This document shows positions 8,799 to 17,777 of a DNA stretch of 64,000 nt, piece after piece (position 1 is the stretch's first letter; every line of letters begins with the position of its first letter). The DNA lies in assembly GCA_965226495.1 (NCBI GenBank), contig OZ245365.1, positions 4,192,001-4,256,000 on the forward strand, read 5' to 3'. The position numbers and the translations under genes were made by a program. Under the pieces are notes generated by a model. It searched no databases. It saw only the letters and a program-made list of their open reading frames with translations, and had not been told where the DNA came from. The stretch is from Candidatus Marinacidobacterales bacterium. GTDB taxonomy: Bacteria > Acidobacteriota > Vicinamibacteria > Marinacidobacterales > DATDRI01.

Positions 8799-9014
8799 AA
8801 CCCTCACCCCGGCCCTCTCCCAGAGGGAGAGGGAGTAAAGGAAGAAGAAACTAGGAATAACCTCACCCCGGCCCTCTCCCAGAGGGAGAGGGAGTAAAGG
8901 AAGAAGAAACTAGGAATAACCTCACCCCGGCCCTCTCCCAGAGGGGAGAGGGAGTAAAGGAAGAAGAGACTAAGAATAACCTCACCCTGGTCCTCTCCCA
9001 GAGGGAGAGGGAGT
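8799..9014. repeat. Tandem array of four REP-like hairpins, period about 59-60 bp
   Basis: CCTCACCCCGGCCCTCTCCCAGAGGGAGAGGGAGT x4 with near-identical linkers. Confidence 0.9.
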
Positions 9015-9139
9015 CACTCAACATTCCGTAGTTTTACGGATTTCACTCTGTTTCCGCCTGTATTACCATATCGGGTGTTTTTACATTTTCGGCGGCTGAA
9101 CAAATCGGCCGCTCCGCTACAGAAAGAAGGAGAACAGAC

Positions 9140-9682
9140 ATGAAAATGCTTCAAACCTTGGCTGCATTGACCCTGGCCGTCGCGCTGGGAGCAGCCTGCT
9201 CATCGCAGAAGGTCAACCACGACTACGATCACCAGGCCGATTTCTCACAATTCAAGACTTACCAATACACCAAGGGGACGCCGGTCGAGGACCAACTCAT
9301 GGATGGGCGGATCGTTTCCGCGATCGAGGCGGAGATGGGTCAGAAGGGGTTCACCAAGGCCTCATCGAATCCGGACGTCGTGGTGACTTACCACGCCTCT
9401 TCGACACAGAGCAAGCAGTACGTAACGGACAACTTCGGCTACGGCTACGGCCCGGGATGGGGCTGGGGCGGATACGGCGGTGGCATGGGCACCTCGACCA
9501 CTCGCGAGTATACCTACGAGAAAGGTACCCTCGTCGTCGACATGTACGATGCGAAGAAGAAACAGCTCGTTTGGCGAGGAACGGGTACCGATACCGTCGA
9601 CGAGAACCCTCAGAAGATCGTGAAACTTATCAACAAGATCGTGGACAAGATATTCCAGAACTACCCGCCCAAAGCGAGCTAG
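9140..9682 (+). CDS. DUF4136 family lipoprotein
   Basis: Lipobox LGAAC, DYD..ADFSQFKTY, Gly-rich segment, YEKGTLVVDMYD..LVWRG. Confidence 0.85.
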   Translation: MKMLQTLAALTLAVALGAACSSQKVNHDYDHQADFSQFKTYQYTKGTPVEDQLMDGRIVSAIEAEMGQKGFTKASSNPDVVVTYHASSTQSKQYVTDNFGYGYGPGWGWGGYGGGMGTSTTREYTYEKGTLVVDMYDAKKKQLVWRGTGTDTVDENPQKIVKLINKIVDKIFQNYPPKAS

Positions 9683-9697
9683 TCTCTCTGACTCAGG

Positions 9698-9730
9698 TTG
9701 GAAGGCGAGGTCTCACACCTCGTCTTCCAA
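9698..9730. terminator. Hairpin between convergent genes (likely bidirectional terminator)
   Basis: TTGGAAGGCGAGGT-ctcac-ACCTCGTCTTCCAA. Confidence 0.55.
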
Positions 9731-9739
9731 TCGAACCCT

Positions 9740-10393
9740 TCAAAAACGAAACGCCGCGCCGATCGTGATCTCGGTGTTCCGGGGCTCGGCGATGTTGCCT
9801 GCGAAAGCCAACCCCTCGGAGAGGATCTGATACCGTAGGTCGAAGCGCGCTCCCACCCACTCGGTAAAGAAATACTTCACTCCCCCCCCGAAGTTCAGGC
9901 CGGTACTGGAATCGTTCGTGACTCCGCTGATCTCGGTGTCGAGATCGGTTCGCATCCAAGCGAAGCCGAGCGTTCCATAAGGCACCAATCCGATTTCAAG
10001 CGGAAACTGGGCCACGAAATTGCCGCTTATGTTCTGGACGGTGGTGGTGAACTGGTCACCCAAGTTGACAATCCCCACATCGTTGTCGTTTACGGTAAAG
10101 GCAAATATCTCCTTCGTCCGCGAGTAACTCACTTCCGCGCCGAGGTTGGGACTGAAGTCATAGCTGAAACGCCCTCCCCAAAGATCCCCAAAAGGGACAT
10201 TATCGGCCGCTCCGGTGGTCGTGAAAAAGAGATTCGAGACCGTGCCGAGATCGTGGCTGACCGACATGCTACCGACGAAACCGCTGGCCTCGAAGCGTTT
10301 ATCTTGAGCTTGCGCCGGACTAGACGCCATGATGACGATGCCGCAGGCTAGAAAAAAGAACCGCAAACCTTGCATCCGCCCTCGCACGCTCAT
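9740..10393 (-). CDS. Outer membrane beta-barrel protein (8-strand type)
   Basis: Signal peptide, alternating strands, NFGGGVKYF, C-terminal Phe. Confidence 0.8.
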   Translation of the reverse strand: MSVRGRMQGLRFFFLACGIVIMASSPAQAQDKRFEASGFVGSMSVSHDLGTVSNLFFTTTGAADNVPFGDLWGGRFSYDFSPNLGAEVSYSRTKEIFAFTVNDNDVGIVNLGDQFTTTVQNISGNFVAQFPLEIGLVPYGTLGFAWMRTDLDTEISGVTNDSSTGLNFGGGVKYFFTEWVGARFDLRYQILSEGLAFAGNIAEPRNTEITIGAAFRF

Positions 10394-11394
10394 GGGTTGA
10401 CCGCCACGTCGATCCTGGTTGTGGTGCTGCCCACGGTGACTTCCGCACTGCCTTCGTGAAAAGTGACCTCGAAATCCAAGTCGGTCGTGAAGTCATTGAA
10501 GCCGAAATCCGAGGGCGATGTGGGATCGGTAATGGGGTTCACCCGCACCACCATGGGGCCCGAAGAGAGGCCTTCGACCACATACTGCCCGTCCTCAGTC
10601 GTGAAGACGCCGAGTAGCTCGTCGGTAAATGGGTTGTAGACTGTTACCTGGGCACCTCCCAGGCCCTCTCCGCTCTTGGTTACCCTCCCGGACATGCGTC
10701 CCTGTCTACTGAAGTTACTTGCCGGGTAGTTCACCGACGCGCCGGTGAGGTCGTCAAGAGTCAGCGTGCGTCCGAGGGTAGTGCCTCTGGGAAAGGCGAA
10801 GGGATACATAATCGCGGAGTCTTCGAGCAAGAAGCGTCGCCCGGCCCGGTTCTCCATCACCCCGACGGCGGAATGGTCGAGACCGATGAAGTGTCCGATC
10901 TCGTGTAGTGCCGTCGACTGGTAGTCGAAGCGTCCGGCCTGTCCGTTGGGAGACACCGACCATGGTGCATCGTCATTGAAGAAGATGTCCGATTCCGCGA
11001 TCTCTCCGGTCAAGGTGAAGACGATAAAATTCGTGGCTGCGAGAATGCCGCTTCCTTGGAGATCTGGGTCGGTGATGAAACCCAGAGTGTTGATGAAGTC
11101 GAAGAAAACGAAGGGCTCGGCGTTGGTCGTTCCGGCGAAACGAAAGGTGATACCGCTGGTCTCGACGTCCTCCCAGGTATCGTACGCTCTCTCGGTCGCG
11201 TCGATGGCGGCGTCCAGAGAGAAGTCCTTCGGGGGCGTGTTGTTGTAATGCCACGCCACAGGGGTGTCTTGTGGTCTCCACTTCAGAAACACTCTTTCGC
11301 CATCCGGATTGATGAAATCGATGATCTTGTAGGCCGATCCGGCGCGAGAAACCGTGAGCACCAATAATAAGGCAAACGTTAGTCTCAATCTCAT
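10390..11394 (-). CDS. Matrixin (M10) metalloprotease with C-terminal carboxypeptidase-regulatory-like domain
   Basis: HEIGHFIGLDH zinc motif, Met-turn AIMYP, signal peptide. Confidence 0.85.
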   Translation of the reverse strand: MRLRLTFALLLVLTVSRAGSAYKIIDFINPDGERVFLKWRPQDTPVAWHYNNTPPKDFSLDAAIDATERAYDTWEDVETSGITFRFAGTTNAEPFVFFDFINTLGFITDPDLQGSGILAATNFIVFTLTGEIAESDIFFNDDAPWSVSPNGQAGRFDYQSTALHEIGHFIGLDHSAVGVMENRAGRRFLLEDSAIMYPFAFPRGTTLGRTLTLDDLTGASVNYPASNFSRQGRMSGRVTKSGEGLGGAQVTVYNPFTDELLGVFTTEDGQYVVEGLSSGPMVVRVNPITDPTSPSDFGFNDFTTDLDFEVTFHEGSAEVTVGSTTTRIDVAVNP

Positions 11395-11419
11395 CTCGAC
11401 GGTCCCCTTATTGTGGGCG

Positions 11420-11983
11420 CTAGCGCCCGAGGGCGGCGCTGATGCGCGACTCGACCTCGGAAAGCAGGAACCGCGTTGGAGGGGTGCCGGCCTGTACCGA
11501 ATCCGTGCGGTAGTTGACCAGGATGAGCCCGGATATGTCGCGCTTCAAGATCCTCTGTCCGGCGTCATCAACGCTCAGCGTGAACTTTCCAAGGGCAAGT
11601 CCCAAGAGGGTTGGGACGCGAGCCCCCGAGCCAACACAAAAAAGAAGCACTTGCTCTCCATTGGTGAAATCCGGAGTTCCAGGAACGATGGAACGCAGGG
11701 GACCAACTTGCCCTCCCCACAACCGGACAGTCATCGACCGCTCACCGGCTCCTCCCTTGAGGAAGCGCTCCACCTCGAAGGTGGTGTGGGTATAGACGCG
11801 AGTATGTTGGGCATTCCAATCCGCACGTGAATCGATGCTTCGCCCGATGAAGATCATGTCTGCTCGCTGCGCCATCTCTTCTAAGGTCATGGCCTCAACC
11901 GTCGCGCCCTCCGCCTTGATGTTAGGAACGAGTGTTAGCGAGATGACGCCGAGCAGATACAACGCCTGGTTCACACTTCGCAT
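11420..11983 (-). CDS. Secreted protein resembling the N-terminal domain of matrixin fusions
   Basis: Signal peptide; TLEEMAQRADMIFIG..VYTHTTFEVERFLKG..GG..P.F..GEQVLLF..GLALGKF. Confidence 0.6.
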   Translation of the reverse strand: MRSVNQALYLLGVISLTLVPNIKAEGATVEAMTLEEMAQRADMIFIGRSIDSRADWNAQHTRVYTHTTFEVERFLKGGAGERSMTVRLWGGQVGPLRSIVPGTPDFTNGEQVLLFCVGSGARVPTLLGLALGKFTLSVDDAGQRILKRDISGLILVNYRTDSVQAGTPPTRFLLSEVESRISAALGR

Positions 11984-12011
11984 CGATTGCCTCCTTTGAT
12001 CGACTCTCGAC

Positions 12012-13184
12012 TCACGTTGTCAACACTTCGTGGTGCGGTCGCGGAGCCCGAAGCCTCTGCTGAGCCACCGATAAGACTTCCTCGGCCGCCTTGCGTGAAG
12101 CACCCCGAGCTCCCAATCGAGCACTCACTTCCCGAAGCCCTCGCCGCATAGATTCCGCCTCCTCGGGATTCTCGAGCAATTTGAGGGTCTCCGAACAAAC
12201 TCTATCCTCCGTCATGTGCTCTTGGATCAACTCGGGCACCAGGGATCGCCCCGCTATCAAATTGACCATAGCGTAATGAGGAACCCGGACCAAGGGTTTC
12301 CCCAAAAAATAACTCAATCCGCCCACCCGATAGACGACGACCATCGGCGTTTCACAGAGGGCGGCTTCGACGGTCGCAGTGCCCGAAGCCACGATCGCGA
12401 CGTCGGCGTGTGAGAGACCCTCGTAGTTAGACTCGCTTAGGATGTGCACAGAGGACGAGGCATCACCTAATCTCCCCGACACGTCGGCGAGCTCGACGGT
12501 TGGTGCCTTCAACAAGACAAACTGCAGATCCGGACGCCGGCCCTTCATTCTTCGTATCGCACTTACTAAAACGGGAAGATGAAGCTCTATTTCCCGAGGA
12601 CGGCTCCCAGGCATCAGGGCGACCACCGGGCGGTTTGCATCGAGCCCGATGCGTTGAAGGAACGCCGAGCGATCTTCTTGGCTGCGAACGATGTCGACCA
12701 ACGGATGCCCTACGAACGTCGCCGTAATACCAGCCTCTCGGTAGAACTGTTCCTCAAAGGGAAGGATCACAAGCATTTTGTCGACAGTTTTCTTGATCGT
12801 TTTGAGACGCCCTCGGCGCCAGGCCCAAACTTGCGGGCTCACGTAATAGACGACCGGGATTCCCAAGGATTTGAGTTTTTTGGAAAGACGCAGATTGAAT
12901 CCAGAGAAGTCGATAAGTACCGCAACGTCTGGCCTGCGCTCGGCGGCCGTTTCGACAAGCGTGGTTTGCGCTCTCTTGAGCGCCGGCAGCTTCCCGACGA
13001 CCTCGACGAGGCCAATGACCGAGATTTCGTTGAGATCGACCAGAACTTCGGCTCCCGCTTTACGGAGTCGGTCGCCGCCCAAGCCGAAACACTCAATCTC
13101 CGGATCTAGGGCGAGTAGCTCTCGGACGAGCCCCGCTGCATAGAGCTCGCCGGATGCTTCCCCGCAACTCAGAAGCACTTTCAC
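12012..13184 (-). CDS. lpxB: Lipid-A-disaccharide synthase
   Basis: GEASG, IDFSGFN, YYVSPQVWAWR, FVGHPL, PGSR..E, SGTATVE. Confidence 0.95.
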   Translation of the reverse strand: MKVLLSCGEASGELYAAGLVRELLALDPEIECFGLGGDRLRKAGAEVLVDLNEISVIGLVEVVGKLPALKRAQTTLVETAAERRPDVAVLIDFSGFNLRLSKKLKSLGIPVVYYVSPQVWAWRRGRLKTIKKTVDKMLVILPFEEQFYREAGITATFVGHPLVDIVRSQEDRSAFLQRIGLDANRPVVALMPGSRPREIELHLPVLVSAIRRMKGRRPDLQFVLLKAPTVELADVSGRLGDASSSVHILSESNYEGLSHADVAIVASGTATVEAALCETPMVVVYRVGGLSYFLGKPLVRVPHYAMVNLIAGRSLVPELIQEHMTEDRVCSETLKLLENPEEAESMRRGLREVSARLGARGASRKAAEEVLSVAQQRLRAPRPHHEVLTT

Positions 13185-13287
13185 GCAGCCCCTGTTCGCC
13201 TTTTCTCTCGCTTGTCTTTGACAGTAGTAACGAACCGACTATAGCATAGCCACTCGCTCTCCTCCATGCGTTAGCGAGACCCCAACT

Positions 13288-13394
13288 CGATGATCGGACA
13301 CGTGGTCAAGTTGCTCGGGAAGACGTGCTCAGTACGACCAGAGCCCGCAACGGACCCTATCTACGAGTGCCCATCTTCGCGGACGATTGTTTGA
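13288..13394 (+). repeat. Degenerate duplicate of the rsgA 5' end (about 105 bp)
   Basis: cgatgatcggacacgtggtcaagttgctcgggaagacgtgctc.. closely matches 14749-14854. Confidence 0.85.
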
Positions 13395-13602
13395 TTCCCC
13401 AGGAGTCCAAATCGCGTGGTGTATTGCTTGGCAGCGGCTTCGGACGGCGAGGGCCTGCTCGGCGTCGGCATAGCGTTGGTTGCCGTAGCCAAGAGCCGCC
13501 GCCCTGACGCAATCGGCACCGAATGGCTGGGTAGCGACGTCATTGCGATGCTCGTTGGCGCCGCGACAAGGCGAGAATTAACCGTTTGGCAGGGGTTCAA
13601 TA

Positions 13603-14727
13603 GTGCAAGTCAAAAAACCGATTTCAAAAATGAATGTTATGGTGACCACTCTGGCGTTGTTGGGTTCAATATTGGGCAGGCCTGAGAGCGCTGGAGCGGC
13701 GGCTTTTGATATTGAATTCGAGGAAGTGGCCGATGGCGTCTGGGCTGGCATCCGGCCGGACGCACCGAGATTTCCTGTGATGGGCACGTCTGTTTTCGTT
13801 TTGGGCAACGAGGGTGTCGTTGTGTTCGACGGCGGTGGAATGCCGGTAATGGCGGAAAAAGTGATCGCCAAGATTCGGTCATTGACGGACGCGCCGGTAA
13901 CCCACGTCGTCATCAGTCACTGGCATGGCGATCACAACTTCGGCATCTACCGCTTTGTGGAAGAATTTCCGCATGTGCAATTTGTGGCCCACCGCTTCAC
14001 TCATGCTGTGATGAATGCTTCCAGGATTCGCTACATTGACGGGTATCCGGATTTCATCGAAAAAAACCTTCCGCTTGCAAAAGAAGCGCTGAGAACCGGT
14101 GTTACGGAAAATGGTGACAAATTATCGCGCACCGACCGCATGGAATATGAACGCATGGTCGAGGAAGCGGATGAGATTGACGCCGAGTTTGAACGCGCCA
14201 AAGTGACATCTCCGAACGTGGTCTTCGATGATGCACTCACCATATATTCGGGTGGGCGGCGCATTGAATTATTGAAGCTTGGACACGGCAACACGGAAGG
14301 TGACATCGTCATGTGGTTACCTGAAGAGAAAGTCGTTGCAACCGGCGACATCGTTGTGTTGCCAACGCCTTATGCGTTCAATGTGCCGCCGCGGCCATGG
14401 GCGGCAACGCTCCGAAAAATCAAGGAGCTCGGCTATGAGATCCTGATTCCGGGCCACGGTGCGATTCAGCGGGACACTGAGTATGTCGATCTCAACATTG
14501 AGGCGGCCGATTCGATAGCAGACCAGCGCGACGAAATGCTTGCCGAGGGCTTAAGTCACGAAAAGACTGCAGAGCAGCTCGATTTCTCCGGATTCGAGCA
14601 GAAATTCACCGGTGGTGATGAATATCTTAAAGGCTACTACTATGACTATTTCGAGAAACCATTTCGTGCCGCCGCAATCAAAGCGTTGACGGGCGAACAA
14701 ATGGTAACGATCGAGCGCCCTGAATAA
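13603..14727 (+). CDS. Secreted MBL-fold metallo-hydrolase
   Basis: SHWHGDH, TGD, PGHG; signal peptide; start may be the ATG at 13630. Confidence 0.85.
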   Translation: MQVKKPISKMNVMVTTLALLGSILGRPESAGAAAFDIEFEEVADGVWAGIRPDAPRFPVMGTSVFVLGNEGVVVFDGGGMPVMAEKVIAKIRSLTDAPVTHVVISHWHGDHNFGIYRFVEEFPHVQFVAHRFTHAVMNASRIRYIDGYPDFIEKNLPLAKEALRTGVTENGDKLSRTDRMEYERMVEEADEIDAEFERAKVTSPNVVFDDALTIYSGGRRIELLKLGHGNTEGDIVMWLPEEKVVATGDIVVLPTPYAFNVPPRPWAATLRKIKELGYEILIPGHGAIQRDTEYVDLNIEAADSIADQRDEMLAEGLSHEKTAEQLDFSGFEQKFTGGDEYLKGYYYDYFEKPFRAAAIKALTGEQMVTIERPE

Positions 14728-14750
14728 AGCTTTCCGGCCGTTGTCATGCG

Positions 14751-15710
14751 ATGATCGGACACGTTGTCAGGTTGCTCGGAAAGACGTGCTCGGTACGACC
14801 AGAGCTCGCGGCAGACAAACTCTACGAGTGCTATCTTCGTGGTCGACTGTTCGAAACTTCAGGGGTTCACGTGGCGGTGGGAGATCGCGTCGAGTTCGAT
14901 CCGGTCGAGGAGCCGCACTCTTATGACTCTGTCGAGCCGGGACCCAGAAAAGGAATCGGTGTCATCCACGAGATCCTTCCTCGACAAACCGCCCTCGCAC
15001 GCCCGCCGTCGAAAAGAGGAGGCCGACCTCAAATCGTCGCGGCGAACATCCATCAGCTCGTCGTGGTGTCGGCGATAAAGCAACCGCCGTACAGAACGGG
15101 ACTCATCGATCGTTATTTGGTCATCGCACATAGAGCGGGGATCGTCCCCGCTCTGTGCATGAACAAGATCGATCTCGCCAATCCGGAGGAGCGCGACGAG
15201 GCCGACAGGAATCTAAAACCTTATAGAGACCTCGGGCTACCGAGCATCTTCACGAGCGTAGTGAACGGCGAAGGGATAGAAACGTTACAAAACTTGCTGA
15301 AGGACAAGCGCTCGGTCTTGGTAGGCCATTCCGGTGTAGGGAAGTCGAAGCTCGCCGGTCGATTGCAACCAGGACTCACATTGTCGAGCTCGTCGGTCAG
15401 TCGGCAAGGCAAGGGACGTCATACAACTTCGGCTTCCACACTTTTCGCCCTCGACATTGGCGGGGAGCTCGTCGACACTCCAGGAGTCCGCGAGCTCTCG
15501 ATCTCGGATTTAGATCAGAGTGAACTAAGCGCGCACTTTGCCGACTTCGCGCCTTTTCTAGGGAATTGCCGCTTCACGTCTTGCTCGCACATTCCCGAGC
15601 CTGGGTGTGCGGTGCGAGAGGGGGTAACGTCTGGGAAGATTTCGCATGCGCGCTACGACAGCTACGTGCGGCTATACCACGAGCTTCAACATCATCACCG
15701 AGCGCGGTGA
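14751..15710 (+). CDS. rsgA: Small ribosomal subunit biogenesis GTPase
   Basis: Circularly permuted GTPase NKID..GHSGVGKS..GRHTT..DTPG; zinc finger CRFTSCSHIPEPGC. Confidence 0.95.
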   Translation: MIGHVVRLLGKTCSVRPELAADKLYECYLRGRLFETSGVHVAVGDRVEFDPVEEPHSYDSVEPGPRKGIGVIHEILPRQTALARPPSKRGGRPQIVAANIHQLVVVSAIKQPPYRTGLIDRYLVIAHRAGIVPALCMNKIDLANPEERDEADRNLKPYRDLGLPSIFTSVVNGEGIETLQNLLKDKRSVLVGHSGVGKSKLAGRLQPGLTLSSSSVSRQGKGRHTTSASTLFALDIGGELVDTPGVRELSISDLDQSELSAHFADFAPFLGNCRFTSCSHIPEPGCAVREGVTSGKISHARYDSYVRLYHELQHHHRAR

Positions 15711-17365
15711 GCCTCGGCCTTGGACTCTGTTACGACTCGAGCCCCGATGAGTTTCACGAGGGCGTCCAACCCCTCGCCCTTTAGCGCCGAGACGGCGACG
15801 GTGTCGGAGCGTCCCGCAAATGCCCCGCTGTTCTCGAGTCGATCTACTTTGTTGAAGACAGCCAGCCGCGGAATGTGCTCGAGCTTGAGCTTCCCGAGAA
15901 TCACTTCCACCGCCTCCATCTGCTCACGGTAGCGAGGATCGGAGCAATCTACAACGTGAAGGATGAGAGTCGAGTTCTCGATTTCCTCCAAGGTAGCGCG
16001 GAAGGCGTTAATCAGGTCGGGTGGGAGATCTCGAATGAAACCGACCGTGTCGGCTAGCAATACCTCTTGCTCCACCGGGACGCGCAGGCGTCGGGTCGTC
16101 GGGTCGAGCGTCTCAAACATGCGGTTTCCCGCGGCCACCTCACTGTTGGTGAGGCGATTCAGCAACGTCGACTTTCCGGCGTTGGTATAGCCGAGGAGCG
16201 AAACGATGGGTAGCCCACGCTCGACGCGCCTTCTCCTTCGAACACCTCGCTTGCGCCGCACCTCTTCGATCTCTCGCTCGAGCCGCGCGATACGGTCCCG
16301 CGCCCGCCGACGATCCATCTCCAGCTTGGTTTCACCAGGCCCCCTCCCCCCGATCCCCCCCGTCAGCCGGGAAAGCGCGGTATCCATTTCGGTAAGCCGA
16401 GGCAGAAGGTAGCGAAGCTGCGCCAGCTCGACTTGCAACTTTCCCTCCCGCGTGGAAGCACGGCGCGCGAAGATATCGAGAATAAGTTGTGTTCGATCCA
16501 GAATCTTGAGGTCGGTCGCCGCCGCGATGGAGCGGACCTGAGCCGGAGTCAAGCTCTGGTTGAAAATGATGAGGTCGGCGCCGTGCTGCAGGGACGCGAT
16601 CACCAGCTCATCGATCTTCCCTTTGCCCAACAAGAATCGGGGATCGAGCTTGGGCCGTCGCTGCACGAGCGTATCCAGAACGACCACATCGCAGGAGCCG
16701 GCGAGCTCAGCGAGCTCCACCAGGGACTCCCGCTCCGCCTCGGCTCGGCTCGTCGTGACCCCGACTAAGATGGCACGATCCCGATGATCGGAATGATGCA
16801 GTTCGCCTCGCTGGCGGGTGAATTCGTCCTCGAGATCATCGATGAAATCCAGAAAATCGACGTCCAACTGGCTGGGAGCGCGCGGCTCCAAGAACTCCCA
16901 TGCGGTTGCCGATGTGCCATTCCGTAGTTTCCCGTTGGAGCTGGCCGGCAAGAGGTAGGCGGCCCGAACCAGGCCCGGCAGTCCCTCTTTGGTGACGTCG
17001 ATGGACACCATTAGATCCAGGCGAAGAAGCGCCAAGTCACTCAGGTCGTCGTGCGTGAGCGGCTCACCGGCGAGATGCGTATGGAGGCACCGGAGTCCAC
17101 GGAAGCGCTGCTCCGCGACACGGACGCGTTTTAGATCCGGGAGAACGATTCGCCGCGCGTCACCCACGATCACGGAATCAACGGCGCCCCGTCGATTCAC
17201 GAGGACACCGATCTGTCGATTGATCTCTCGGGAGAGCTCGGTGAGAGCCCGGGCAAACTCTTGAGTGACGATGTCGCGGGGAGGGATTCGCCTCTGATAA
17301 ATCTTTTCCAGACGTTTCCGCTGCAGGGCCTTTAGGCCAGTGGAATTGCCTTGTAACTTATGGAT
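15695..17365 (-). CDS. hflX: GTPase HflX, long form; probable non-AUG (ATC) start
   Basis: LILDIF, GIGGRGPGETKLE, GYTNAGKS, DTVGFI; conserved N-terminus extends 55 codons beyond the GTG at 17200. Confidence 0.9.
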   Translation of the reverse strand: MHKLQGNSTGLKALQRKRLEKIYQRRIPPRDIVTQEFARALTELSREINRQIGVLVNRRGAVDSVIVGDARRIVLPDLKRVRVAEQRFRGLRCLHTHLAGEPLTHDDLSDLALLRLDLMVSIDVTKEGLPGLVRAAYLLPASSNGKLRNGTSATAWEFLEPRAPSQLDVDFLDFIDDLEDEFTRQRGELHHSDHRDRAILVGVTTSRAEAERESLVELAELAGSCDVVVLDTLVQRRPKLDPRFLLGKGKIDELVIASLQHGADLIIFNQSLTPAQVRSIAAATDLKILDRTQLILDIFARRASTREGKLQVELAQLRYLLPRLTEMDTALSRLTGGIGGRGPGETKLEMDRRRARDRIARLEREIEEVRRKRGVRRRRRVERGLPIVSLLGYTNAGKSTLLNRLTNSEVAAGNRMFETLDPTTRRLRVPVEQEVLLADTVGFIRDLPPDLINAFRATLEEIENSTLILHVVDCSDPRYREQMEAVEVILGKLKLEHIPRLAVFNKVDRLENSGAFAGRSDTVAVSALKGEGLDALVKLIGARVVTESKAEAHRAR

Positions 17366-17640
17366 AGCTTTCTCTACCTCCTCTTCCCTCTATTATACGC
17401 GGCTGATGGAATCCTTGCGGGGCGCCCCACCGAGCGTCCTCCCGGCTGGACGTCGAATAGCCAGAAAGAGACAGGGGGCGGCGCCGACAATCTACGCACC
17501 CTTAGTGCGCCAATCGTTTACGACCATCCGCCAGTGGTACCAGTCTTGCAAATCGTGTTATGAAGAAATGCCCTCGTGAGCTTGGAGGATCCCTATGAAG
17601 TGGTCGAGAGTCCAAGATCGCCTACGTGAGCCGGACCGAG

Positions 17641-17766
17641 AAACTCGATGAACTGATCGCGCGGATGTACGTCCACGGGATGTCGACGCGTGACATTGAG
17701 GCGACGTTCGCGGACGTGCTGAGCGGCACGGGTGTCTCGAAGTCGGTGGTGAGCTCACCCTACTGA
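17641..17766 (+). pseudogene. IS256-family transposase fragment
   Basis: Manual translation KLDELIARMYVHGMSTRDIEATFADVLSGTGVSKSVVS. Confidence 0.65.
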
Positions 17767-17777
17767 CGCCGCTGATC

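Noticed and set aside
8799-9014. Possible CRISPR array
   Set aside because: Linkers are near-identical rather than unique spacers, no cas genes are present, and the same unit recurs as a dispersed REP.
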